DNA of 64,000 nt from an uncultured Phycisphaerales bacterium (GTDB taxonomy: Bacteria > Planctomycetota > Phycisphaerae > Tepidisphaerales > Tepidisphaeraceae), in assembly GCA_963844715.1 (NCBI GenBank), contig CAWJPJ010000005.1, forward strand, positions 1-64,000, written 5' to 3'. The notes below the pieces were generated by a model that saw only the letters and a program-made list of their open reading frames with translations, was not told the origin of the DNA and did not search any database. Each line of letters begins with the position of its first letter. Positions within the stretch are counted from its first letter, which is position 1. A program made the position numbers and the translations under genes. Shown in pieces: positions 34,967-43,781 of this stretch.

Positions 34967-36225
34967 CTAACCGCCAAACGCCTGACGGAGAAGTGTAAAC
35001 ATCGCGAACATGCCGGGCGCATGGCGTCCGCGATCGGGCAATAAAAGAGCATCACCAGCCCCGTCGCCAGCGCCAGGTACGGCCCATACTGCAATTGCCG
35101 GCGCCGGCGCGTGATCAGCATATAAATCGCCACCAGGATTCCGAAGAAAGGCGCGATGAAAAATGCGACGGTCGCGCCGCCGCCCCCGATGACCGCGCCG
35201 ACTCCGAACATCAGATGCACGTCGCCCAGTCCCATCGCCTCGCGTCCGAAGGCGTACGAGCCGAAGATTCGCATGAGCCACACCACCACGCCCCCGACCA
35301 TCGCGCCCAGCAGCGACCCGAGCAAGCTGTTGAACCACGTATAGCCGGCCACGTGCGTCCACCAATGAGTCACCCCCGGCCAGTGTGCGAACAGCACGCC
35401 CGAAGCAATCGCCAAAACCAGCGGCGGCAGAAGAAAGACCATCTCCTTGCGCATCTCCGCCCGAACCTGCGCCGCGGAAAACTCCGGCGGTATCTCCGGC
35501 GGTTTTTCGCCCGCCTTTTCCGCCGCGGCGGCTCGCTCCTCCAATTCGGCCCGCTCGACTTCCAGCAGATCCAATTCCTCGAAGCTCAAAGGAATGACCT
35601 TCAGTTCCAAGAGCACGATGCTGATCACCAATCCCACGAACGCCCCGGCCGCCAGCGCCATACTGAATGGAAAAATGATCTGCGCTCCCGGCATCCCCGG
35701 CTTATCGAAGATCGCGTGCGCGACGATCGCGATGCCGCCGATCCACCAGGGAATGCTCGCCGGGATGATGAACAGCTCCGCGTCGATCACACTTGCCGCG
35801 AGCAATCCCGCCAGCAGAATCATGTCCAGGATATAAATCGGCCAGAGATTCGGCGCCGGCTGGGGAATTCCAAAAAGCACATCCATCGCCGGGCGTAGAA
35901 AATCCGGACGCGAGCACGGACCAACCCCGTAAACAAAGAACATGATGTAGTAAAAAGCGAAGATCACCCCAGTCGCCAATTCGATGATCGGATATTGCGG
36001 GGAAATCTTCTGCCCGCAGTAGCGGCATTTGCCGCGCAAGAGGATCCAACCCAAGACAGGAACGTTGTCATACCACGCCAGCCGATGCTCGCAGTTGGGG
36101 CACCTGCTAGGCGGCCACCAGAGGGACTCGGCGCACGGCAGCCGATAGATCACCACGTTCAAAAAACTACCCACGCACGACCCAAGCACGAAGAGATAGA
36201 CTATGAAGAGCAGATGATTGGCCAT
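34967..36225 (-). CDS. Prepilin peptidase (A24), C-terminal indel
   Basis: [37 protein letters not shown]. Confidence 0.92.
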
Positions 36226-36229
36226 GCGT

Positions 36230-36760
36230 TCAGCCCGGCGGCGACTGGAGCATCTCGACGATTCTTTCGACCGCTTCCGGCGGCGTCAGATCGGTCACGT
36301 CCAGCTCGGCGGTCATGACGAGTCTATAGATCGGCTCGCGCTGCGGAAGAAGTCTTTCGATTTCTTCCCTCGTGCTAGCCGAGACCCCCAGATTCGGCCG
36401 ATTATCGGCCGTCGCCGGATCCCCCTCGATCCGCTTCAGCAGTTCGCCCGCCTCGCAGTGCAGATAAATCACCCCATGCCCCGACGACTGAATCGCCCGG
36501 CGATTGTCCTCCAGCCCCAGCGCTCCGCCCCCCAGGGCGATCACCTGATCCTCCAGCTTCAACGCTTCGTTGATCGCGGCCGATTCGAGTTCGCGAAACC
36601 CCGCTTCTTTGCGCTGCTCAAAAATCTCGCGAATGGTTTTGCCGGTCTGCTGGATGATCCGCTGATCGACATCCACGAATTTCATCCCCAACCGCGCAGC
36701 CACGGCTTGCCCGAGGGTCGTCTTCCCGCTCCCGCGATAACCAATAAGAATCAAACTCAT
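36230..36760 (-). CDS. aroK: Shikimate kinase
   Basis: [28 protein letters not shown]. Confidence 0.93.
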   Translation of the reverse strand: MSLILIGYRGSGKTTLGQAVAARLGMKFVDVDQRIIQQTGKTIREIFEQRKEAGFRELESAAINEALKLEDQVIALGGGALGLEDNRRAIQSSGHGVIYLHCEAGELLKRIEGDPATADNRPNLGVSASTREEIERLLPQREPIYRLVMTAELDVTDLTPPEAVERIVEMLQSPPG

Positions 36761-36902
36761 CGCAAATCAGAATATAGACCCGCGCACTGCTCGCGCCGAA
36801 TTTCGGCGCCGACTTCTTTCCGCGACCCAGGTCCTGCGCGACGCATTTCGCCTTCGCTGTAACGCAGTTTCACATCGGACCTTAAACCGGCTCATTCTTA
36901 AA

Positions 36903-36989
36903 AGCACTGGCACAGAGGCCACAGAGGACACGGAGGGCACAGAAAAAAACAAAAGTTTGAATCGGTCTCTCCTCCTCTGTGCCAATGCT
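36903..36989. repeat. Four 9-bp tandem units (CACAGAG core) with an inverted partner
   Basis: ggcacagag gccacagag gacacggag ggcacagaa ... cctctgtgcca. Confidence 0.75.
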
Positions 36990-37113
36990 GTTTATCATTT
37001 GGATTCAAGCGGGGGGTCCATCCACCCGCCAAGTACCTCCCGGCGGCGATGAGGTTTCTTTCAGCGTTTTCCCAACCATGCGATCCCGCCGCCAATCGCT
37101 ATAATCTTCGCCC

Positions 37114-37863
37114 ATGCAACCAAGCAAACCGCGCAAGCCAGCTCCGGGAACCGCCTATTCGCGAATCCTCCTCAAAATCAGCGGCGAAGGTTTCTGCCAC
37201 GAAGGCTCCTTCGGCATCGAAGCCCCCGAACTCGACGCCATCGCTAAACAATGCGTTGAGGTCGCCCAGATGGGCGTCCAGCTCGCCATCGTCGTAGGCG
37301 GCGGCAATTTCATTCGCGGGGCGACGTTCGCCGAGGATGGCAACATCCCCCGCGCCACGGCCGATTACATGGGCATGCTGGCGACGATTCTCAACGCCGT
37401 CGCGCTTCAGGAGACGATGGAAAAACTCGGGCAGCCCACGCGCGTTCAATCGGCGATCAGCGTGTACAGCGTCTGCGAGCCCTTCATCCGCCGCCGCGCC
37501 GTGCGGCATTTGGAAAAAGGCCGCGTTCTGATTCTCGCCGCCGGCACCGGAAACCCGTTCTTCACGACCGACACCTCTGCCGCGCTCAGAGCCACCGAAA
37601 TCGGCGCGGACGTTTTATTGAAGGCCACCAAAGTCGACGGCATTTACACCGCCGATCCCAAGAAAGATCCCAACGCGAAGATGCTCAAAAGTCTAAGCTA
37701 CGAAAAAGTCCTCGAAGGCAAACTGGGCGTCATGGATCTGACCGCCATCACGCTCTGCATGGAACGGAAAATTCCCCTGGTGGTGTTCAATTTGAAAAAG
37801 CAGGGGAATATCGCACGGGTCGTGCGCGGCGAGGATGTCGGGACGAAGATTACGCCGAAATGA
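37114..37863 (+). CDS. pyrH: UMP kinase
   Basis: LLKISGE, GGGNFIRG, DYMGMLAT, GTGNPFFTTD, MDLTA. Confidence 0.97.
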   Translation: MQPSKPRKPAPGTAYSRILLKISGEGFCHEGSFGIEAPELDAIAKQCVEVAQMGVQLAIVVGGGNFIRGATFAEDGNIPRATADYMGMLATILNAVALQETMEKLGQPTRVQSAISVYSVCEPFIRRRAVRHLEKGRVLILAAGTGNPFFTTDTSAALRATEIGADVLLKATKVDGIYTADPKKDPNAKMLKSLSYEKVLEGKLGVMDLTAITLCMERKIPLVVFNLKKQGNIARVVRGEDVGTKITPK

Positions 37864-38146
37864 GCAAATTGCACTGCGGGAGCCGGCGGCGTTAACGCGT
37901 TCCCTCTTTCCCCTCTCCCTGTACTAAGGGGGAGGACTCGCTGTCCCCTTCCGGTAGTTTCGGCACGATGGGAGGGGTTTCTTTCGGCACCGCGCGGTCG
38001 GCCCCTCACCCATCCTGCGGAAACCAGCGGAGGAAAGGGACCGGGAATGAATGCGTAGCGCCCCGATATGGCGTGGCCCTTGCATTTGCCCGATTCTGAT
38101 TTCGATTTTCTGGTTTCGGATTTCCGTTTCCGTTAGGATAAGGTCC

Positions 38147-38707
38147 ATGCCCATCGACGACATTCTCATGGATGCCGAAATCCACATGGAGAAGGCGGTC
38201 GAGCATGTGCAGCATGAACTCCGCGGCATTCGGACCGGCCGCGCCACGCCGGCGCTCGTCGAGCATTTGAAAGTCGAATATTACGGCTCGATGACCGATC
38301 TGCGTTCGATCGCCTCCATCAGCGTGCCCGAAGCGACGCAGCTTCTCATCAAGCCGTTCAGCCCCGGCGACATGCACGCCATCGAGAAGGCGATCAACGA
38401 CAGCAAGATCGGCCTCACGCCGCACAGCGACGGGAAGCAAATCCGCCTCGTCCTGCCGCCTCTGTCGCAGGAGCGGCGGATGCAGCTCGCCGGGCAGTGC
38501 AAGCAATTCGCCGAGACGGCGAAGATCGCCATCCGCAACGCCCGCCGCGAAGCCAACAAAATCTTGGAAACCGAACTGAAAAGCGGCGACGTCACAGAAG
38601 ACGAAGCGGAAAAGGGGAAAGATCAGATCAACGAACTGACCAAGAGCTACGAAACGAAGGCTGACGAACTCGTCGACAAAAAACGCGCGGAAGTCATGCA
38701 GGTTTGA
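38147..38707 (+). CDS. frr: Ribosome recycling factor
   Basis: IRTGRATP, PPLSQERR, AIRNARR; follows pyrH. Confidence 0.97.
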   Translation: MPIDDILMDAEIHMEKAVEHVQHELRGIRTGRATPALVEHLKVEYYGSMTDLRSIASISVPEATQLLIKPFSPGDMHAIEKAINDSKIGLTPHSDGKQIRLVLPPLSQERRMQLAGQCKQFAETAKIAIRNARREANKILETELKSGDVTEDEAEKGKDQINELTKSYETKADELVDKKRAEVMQV

Positions 38708-38789
38708 TCCCAAATGGGGTTGGGGAAAAACTTTTCTTAATTTTTGCTTTGGCTGGTTGCGTCGAATCGAAATTCCAGTAGCATCCGCC

Positions 38790-38860
38790 CTCCAACACGG
38801 ATGTTCAGACTGTGGCTCAAGGACGGCCCGGAGGGGTGTCTTTGGGCCCGGTCTTTTTTA
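38790..38860 (+). ncRNA. Candidate CsrA/RsmA-binding small RNA
   Basis: TTGCGT-16-TAGCAT promoter, AACACGGATGTT hairpin, CAAGGACG, GC hairpin plus T6. Confidence 0.35.
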
Positions 38861-38921
38861 CCCCTCCATTTCTCATCGAGAACCGCCAAACCTCCCGACA
38901 TTGGCGACTCACTCACGGCCC

Positions 38922-39013
38922 CTCTTAATCATAATCTTAATCGCAATCTTAATCAGGTCTTTCGGATTGACACAAGTCTTTCACTCGCAACTCGCAACTG
39001 GCAACTCGCAACT
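38922..39013. repeat. Short tandem repeats (6-bp AATCNN; 7-bp ACTCGCA x4)
   Basis: cttaatcataatcttaatcgcaatcttaatc; actcgca actcgca actggca actcgca. Confidence 0.8.
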
Positions 39014-39117
39014 ATTCCCCCCTTTTTATCAGCCCACTCAAGTTTAAATCCCAATCGGCCCGAATGAGACAGAGTCGGAACGAACTTTCATCCCCGACAG
39101 CGGAATCACACCACACG

Positions 39118-39151
39118 AGGCGGCGCTTCAAAGCGCCGCCTGTTTTATTTT
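39118..39151 (+). terminator. Intrinsic terminator
   Basis: AGGCGGCGCT-TCAA-AGCGCCGCCT followed by GTTTTATTTT. Confidence 0.75.
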
Positions 39152-39174
39152 GGGATTAAAGAAAGGGAACCGTT

Positions 39175-39399
39175 CTAGTCCATCCCGCACGGGCCGGGGC
39201 CGCCGCAGCGGCCGCACATACCTGGAGCGGGGGCGCTGGATTTGCCGCTTTCGGTACCGACGGCAAAGACGCTGAACGATCGCGACGTTTTTCCTGATCC
39301 ACATTTCGGGCAGGCGGCCTTATCCGCGGCGGCGGCGGATTTCACCAGCTTCTCAAATCGATGATCGCATTCCTTGCAGGCGTATTCATAAATCGGCAT
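39175..39399 (-). CDS. FmdB-family zinc ribbon protein
   Basis: MPIYEYACKECDHRFE..CPKCGS. Confidence 0.9.
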   Translation of the reverse strand: MPIYEYACKECDHRFEKLVKSAAAADKAACPKCGSGKTSRSFSVFAVGTESGKSSAPAPGMCGRCGGPGPCGMD

Positions 39400-39417
39400 C
39401 GGCAAACTCCAGGAAGA

Positions 39418-40743
39418 TTATAGGCGATTGGCGGCCGTCTGCAGGGAATCATCGGTCCAGCGGACGGTCAGGCTGGCCTCGCCGCGCAAGAGGGCCAGGA
39501 GATGCTCGCCGATCGCTTGCCGCCGCCAGCCCCGGCAAATCCGCAGCGTCGCCGGGTCTTCGCCGCTGCGCCACATGCGGAGCAGGTCGGCAATTTCCTG
39601 GCGGCTGGTGACCAGCGCGGGATCGATCTGTCGGCCGGCGCAGAAACATTGCACCGCGAAGAAGAGGGATTCGCCGCGGAATTTCTCGGGGGGCGTGGGT
39701 TCATGATTCGCCGACTCCGGCATCTCGCTGGCGGGCAACGCCATCGCGCGCCGCGTGGCGGCGACAAGTTCCTCGCCGCGCGCCGTCTCCACCGGCCGCG
39801 GCAAGCCGCGCACGTGGGACAAGTCCTTCACCGAATCCACCGGCGTCCGCGCCAAATCCAAAAGAATCTCATCGCGCAACATCGTGCGCGGCGGCACATC
39901 CTCCGCCCGCGCGGCGGCGTCACGCCAGATCGTCAATTCGCGGAGCACCGCCTGATTCTTGGGCGGCAATCCCGCCGCGCCGCGGATTTTCAAATATTGC
40001 GTTTCCGGATCGAACGAATAGACGCCTGGATCGGCCAGCGTCCCCGATTCCTCGAGCGCCCAGGCAATCTTCCCGCCCGCTTCCAATCGCTTTCCGATCT
40101 CATGCCGAAGGGCGGGCAGATACCGCACATCGTCCGCCGCGTAGCGGAGCTGCTGGTCCGAAAGCGGCCGCCGCTCCCAATTCGTAAAGGTCAGCGATTT
40201 GCGCAACCGCGTCCCGAGCATGGTGCCGGTCAATCGCGACAGCGAGAGCGGATAGGTCAGCCCGATGAACCCCGCCCCAATCTGCGTATCAAAAAGATTG
40301 GAAGGCGATTTCTGTATAAACCGGAAAACCGGCTCGACATCCTGTTGCCCGGCGTGCACGATCTTCTGGATCGAAGGATCGGCCACCAGTTCCCAAAACG
40401 GGCGCAGGTCCACGCTCGCCAGCGGGTCGATCAAGGCGACTTGCGCCGTCGACGCCGCCTGGATGAGGCACAACTTGGGGACGTAAGTCAGTTCCCCGAT
40501 GAATTCACTGTCGAAAGCGAACGACCCGGCGACGCGCAAGTGATCGAGCAATTCAGATAGCTGTTCCTGTCGGGTAATGAGCTTTGGAGGCTCATTGGTC
40601 GCCATCGGATGGTCGCAGGTGGGCTGCTCGATTGGATCGGCCTCGGCGTGGGCGGTGGCGTGATGCGAAGCTCGATGATGCGATCGCGGCTGGAACGACC
40701 GCCGCGCTCCCCGCCCTGAGGACGAATTGGCACTGAATGCCAT
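39418..40743 (-). CDS. rnd: Ribonuclease D (DEDD exonuclease plus HRDC); start may instead be 40605
   Basis: AFDSEF, LCLIQ, HAGQQD, FDTQI, WERRPLS..YAADDV. Confidence 0.9.
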   Translation of the reverse strand: MAFSANSSSGRGARRSFQPRSHHRASHHATAHAEADPIEQPTCDHPMATNEPPKLITRQEQLSELLDHLRVAGSFAFDSEFIGELTYVPKLCLIQAASTAQVALIDPLASVDLRPFWELVADPSIQKIVHAGQQDVEPVFRFIQKSPSNLFDTQIGAGFIGLTYPLSLSRLTGTMLGTRLRKSLTFTNWERRPLSDQQLRYAADDVRYLPALRHEIGKRLEAGGKIAWALEESGTLADPGVYSFDPETQYLKIRGAAGLPPKNQAVLRELTIWRDAAARAEDVPPRTMLRDEILLDLARTPVDSVKDLSHVRGLPRPVETARGEELVAATRRAMALPASEMPESANHEPTPPEKFRGESLFFAVQCFCAGRQIDPALVTSRQEIADLLRMWRSGEDPATLRICRGWRRQAIGEHLLALLRGEASLTVRWTDDSLQTAANRL

Positions 40744-41003
40744 TTCCGAAGCCTATACGATCCCCGTTCTTTGACAAGATGCGGTTAAGAGCGGCACAAA
40801 AATTCATCGCCGGCCATAACCCGCCGTTCCTAAAGAAAACCGCCTTTTTGGCCGATATTTGCCCCACCACGGGTGTTTTCAGGCCCGAGAATGTTAAATA
40901 AGGCGGTTTTTGGTGGAAACTGACGCCGGCGCGAGGGTATAGTTCTAGCCCAAATATAAGAGTGCGGGCAAATCGGCTGGCAGGATGGGGATTGGAGTCA
41001 CAA

Positions 41004-41339
41004 ATGAATTTGGAATTCGCCGTGGAACGTCTGGCGGAGGCGGGTTGGAGTCCCTCTGAGGAATTGGAACTCGAGAGGCTTCCTGACGGTAGGGGGTACC
41101 CGTCGGTTCTGACCGTGCAAAAGCGCTTTGCCGAAGCCGGACTGGAACTATCGATCAAGCATAATTTGATGTTTAACTGTTACCGCGCTACGTGGGCGCC
41201 GGCGGGCGAGCCGCTTGATCCCGGCCACTCTGCTGATGAAAAGCATGGGACCGTGGTAGGTTCCTGCGAGCGCGAAGCGGCGGTCTTCGCGCTGGCGCAA
41301 CTTCGCACCGCGCAATCGATGCTCCAGCTCTCAGCCTGA
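41004..41339 (+). CDS. Hypothetical protein
   Basis: GGAG RBS, fills the intergenic gap, natural amino-acid composition. Confidence 0.65.
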   Translation: MNLEFAVERLAEAGWSPSEELELERLPDGRGYPSVLTVQKRFAEAGLELSIKHNLMFNCYRATWAPAGEPLDPGHSADEKHGTVVGSCEREAAVFALAQLRTAQSMLQLSA

Positions 41340-41446
41340 TAGTCGAAAATCTGTCTTATTTTTATTTGGCGGGCGTGCGCGGCACGCCGGGATGGAGTCC
41401 GCTTACGTTCGCACGGCGTGCTGCGCACGCCCGCTAAATAAGTTGC

Positions 41447-42502
41447 TTATACTGGCGCTGCTTCCAGCAACTGATTCCACTTGCGGAATGAGCGCGCCTT
41501 CCAGCCCTCTTTGTGCCAGGCGTATCCCACGATCAGCGGTACGGCCACCGTTGCTTCGCTGAAGACCATTTGTTCGTAGACCGTATCCACCTTGCCCCAA
41601 CTGCTGGCTTCCTTCAGGGTGCTGCCTGAGAGGGCGCCGTCGCGGACGTCGGCGACGGTGATTTGAATGGCGTACTTGTGCATGGGCGCTTCGTTGCCCA
41701 GGATTTCCGCGGCGACGACGATGTCCTGGGCGAAATTCTTCGGCACGCCGCCGCCGATCATGAACAATCCCGTTTGGGGATTTTTGATCTTCAGCAGAGT
41801 GAGTTCGTAAAAGTCTTTGCCGCTGTCGATGCTGACGGTTGGTTGGCCGGATGCCGCCCGGGCGTGAATGTGAGCGACGAACCCGAACCCGGCCGAGCAG
41901 TCGCTGAACGCCGGACAGAAGATCGGGACGTCCTGCTTATATGCCTCGGCCACGATGCTCTCGGCGGTCTTGCCGTTCTTCTGGAGATAGGCTCCCATCT
42001 CGCGGATGATTTCGCGGGAGCTGTAGGGGCCCGGCTCCATGCCGTCGATGACCTTCTGCATCGTCTCATCGCACACGCGAAGCTCTTCCTCGTCGATGAG
42101 CGTGTCGTAAATGCGGTCGATCATGAGATCACGGAGCATGCCGTCGTTCTGGCCGCTCTTGAGATATTCCGGCGCGACGTAATGGCGGAAGCCGAGGGCT
42201 TCGAAGAAATCCTGATCGACGATATTCGCCCCGGTGGAGACGATTGCATCCACCATTTTGCTGCGAATCATCTCGACGAAGATCTTCTTCAGACCCGCGC
42301 TGATGAGCGACCCGGCCAGGCAGAGGATGACCCCGCACTCCTTGTCGCGGAGCATTCGGTCGTAAATTTCCGCCGCCCGGTTCAGGTCGCGGGCGCTGTA
42401 GGCCATGCCTTTCATCGCGTCCACAACGGAGATGACGTTATGCCGGGTAATGTCGATGTGTTCGATGGTTTTGCTGAGCAGTTCCTGTTTCGTTTCGGCC
42501 AT
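41447..42502 (-). CDS. Deoxyhypusine synthase-like protein (probably homospermidine pathway)
   Basis: IVSTGAN, RIYDTLI, PAFSDCSAG, GGGVPKNF, DGALSGSTLKEASSWGKV; AGGAGG RBS. Confidence 0.92.
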   Translation of the reverse strand: MAETKQELLSKTIEHIDITRHNVISVVDAMKGMAYSARDLNRAAEIYDRMLRDKECGVILCLAGSLISAGLKKIFVEMIRSKMVDAIVSTGANIVDQDFFEALGFRHYVAPEYLKSGQNDGMLRDLMIDRIYDTLIDEEELRVCDETMQKVIDGMEPGPYSSREIIREMGAYLQKNGKTAESIVAEAYKQDVPIFCPAFSDCSAGFGFVAHIHARAASGQPTVSIDSGKDFYELTLLKIKNPQTGLFMIGGGVPKNFAQDIVVAAEILGNEAPMHKYAIQITVADVRDGALSGSTLKEASSWGKVDTVYEQMVFSEATVAVPLIVGYAWHKEGWKARSFRKWNQLLEAAPV

Positions 42503-42534
42503 GATCGGCCTCCTCGCAAAAAGTGGGGCGAAAT

Positions 42535-42645
42535 AAAAAAGCCACCTCGGCCAGCTACGGTGTGCTCCCAGTGGAACAACCGCCATTGCGGGCCGGGGTG
42601 GCTTTGACTGTTCCTATCATGCGTCATTGGGGGTCGGAAAGTCAA
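42535..42645 (-). promoter_or_regulatory. Promoter plus structured leader with terminator-like end (candidate riboswitch/attenuator)
   Basis: TTGACT-18-CATGAT; AAAGCCACCCCGGCC...GGCCGAGGTGGCTTTTTT; alternative GGAACAGTC/GGTTGTTCC helix. Confidence 0.5.
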
Positions 42646-42688
42646 GTCAAACTTTCTTCGGTTAGCGAAATTTAATACGATCGCTTAG

Positions 42689-43447
42689 ATGGCGGAGAAT
42701 GCAAATTCCTTTCGGCGCGATCTTTGGCTTCGCAGCGAGCGGGCGTTCGGTCTCGACTCTGTGGCGGTCCCTTCTGAAGCCTCGGAAGCCCCTACGCCGC
42801 CCGCCGCGCCGGCCGAAGCCGTCGAACTGTTTGGCGCGATCTCGTCGGACGTCCTGCCGCGCGAGCAGAAAAATTCCCTTCTGTCGGGCATGGATGAAAA
42901 GGAAGTGAAGGTATGCACACGCTGCCGGTTGTGTGAGTCGAGGAAGCACACCGTATTTGGAGAGGGTGACGCCGACGCCAAAATCTTTTTTATCGGCGAA
43001 GGCCCGGGCGAAAACGAGGATTTGCAGGGGCGTCCGTTTGTTGGGCGGGCCGGGCAGCTACTGGACAAGATGATCGCGGCGATGGGATTGCAGCGCGGGC
43101 AGGTGTATATCGCCAACATCGTCAAGTGCCGTCCGCCGCAGAATCGCACGCCGGCGCCGGACGAAGTCGAGACTTGCACGCCCTATCTGGTCCGCCAGCT
43201 CGAGATCATCCGGCCAAAAGTGATCGTCACGCTTGGACTTCCAGCATCGAAATACATGTTGGACAGCAAACTTTCCATGGGAAAGCTTCGCGGGCAATGG
43301 CACGCGTGGCGCGGAATCAAGCTCATGGCGACGTTTCACCCCGCATTTTTGCTGCGATCCTACACCGAGGAAAATCGCGCCGCCGTCTGGAGCGACCTGC
43401 AAAAAGTGATGGCGGAAGTGGGATTGCCCGCGCCGCGGCGCGGATAA
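42689..43447 (+). CDS. Uracil-DNA glycosylase family 4
   Basis: CTRC, GEGPGENED, GRPFVGRAG, NIVKCRPP, HPAFLLR. Confidence 0.95.
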   Translation: MAENANSFRRDLWLRSERAFGLDSVAVPSEASEAPTPPAAPAEAVELFGAISSDVLPREQKNSLLSGMDEKEVKVCTRCRLCESRKHTVFGEGDADAKIFFIGEGPGENEDLQGRPFVGRAGQLLDKMIAAMGLQRGQVYIANIVKCRPPQNRTPAPDEVETCTPYLVRQLEIIRPKVIVTLGLPASKYMLDSKLSMGKLRGQWHAWRGIKLMATFHPAFLLRSYTEENRAAVWSDLQKVMAEVGLPAPRRG

Positions 43448-43781
43448 AATCAATGTTGAAAACGCGCAAAAAAAATTCCGCGAGATTTTTTTCGCCCGAC
43501 TCATGCGCAACGCATTGTGAAATAACGTCTGAGATGAAGCGCACATTTTTCACGGCGCGAAATGCAAAGATTTCGCTCTTGCATTATGAGCGCGGGGTAA
43601 TAATCTGTTCGACCAATGGGAACGAATGCAGTGGTCGCGCGTTGTCCGTATTGTTTCCCGACGGTCGGCACTGCAATCCGTTTCGTTTTTCAGGACTAAT
43701 GGACCGGGTCGCCGTTGGCTGAGCGGGCGAACCGGAGATGTAACGATCATTTAAGACAAGAGCTCCGCCGAAGATATCGCC

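Noticed and set aside
42535..42612. Assigning the DHS leader to the guanidine-IV, ZTP or SAM/SAH riboswitch classes
   Set aside because: Only short similarities (UCCACUGGGAG, GGAGCA); the other required conserved elements are missing, so it is kept as an unclassified candidate
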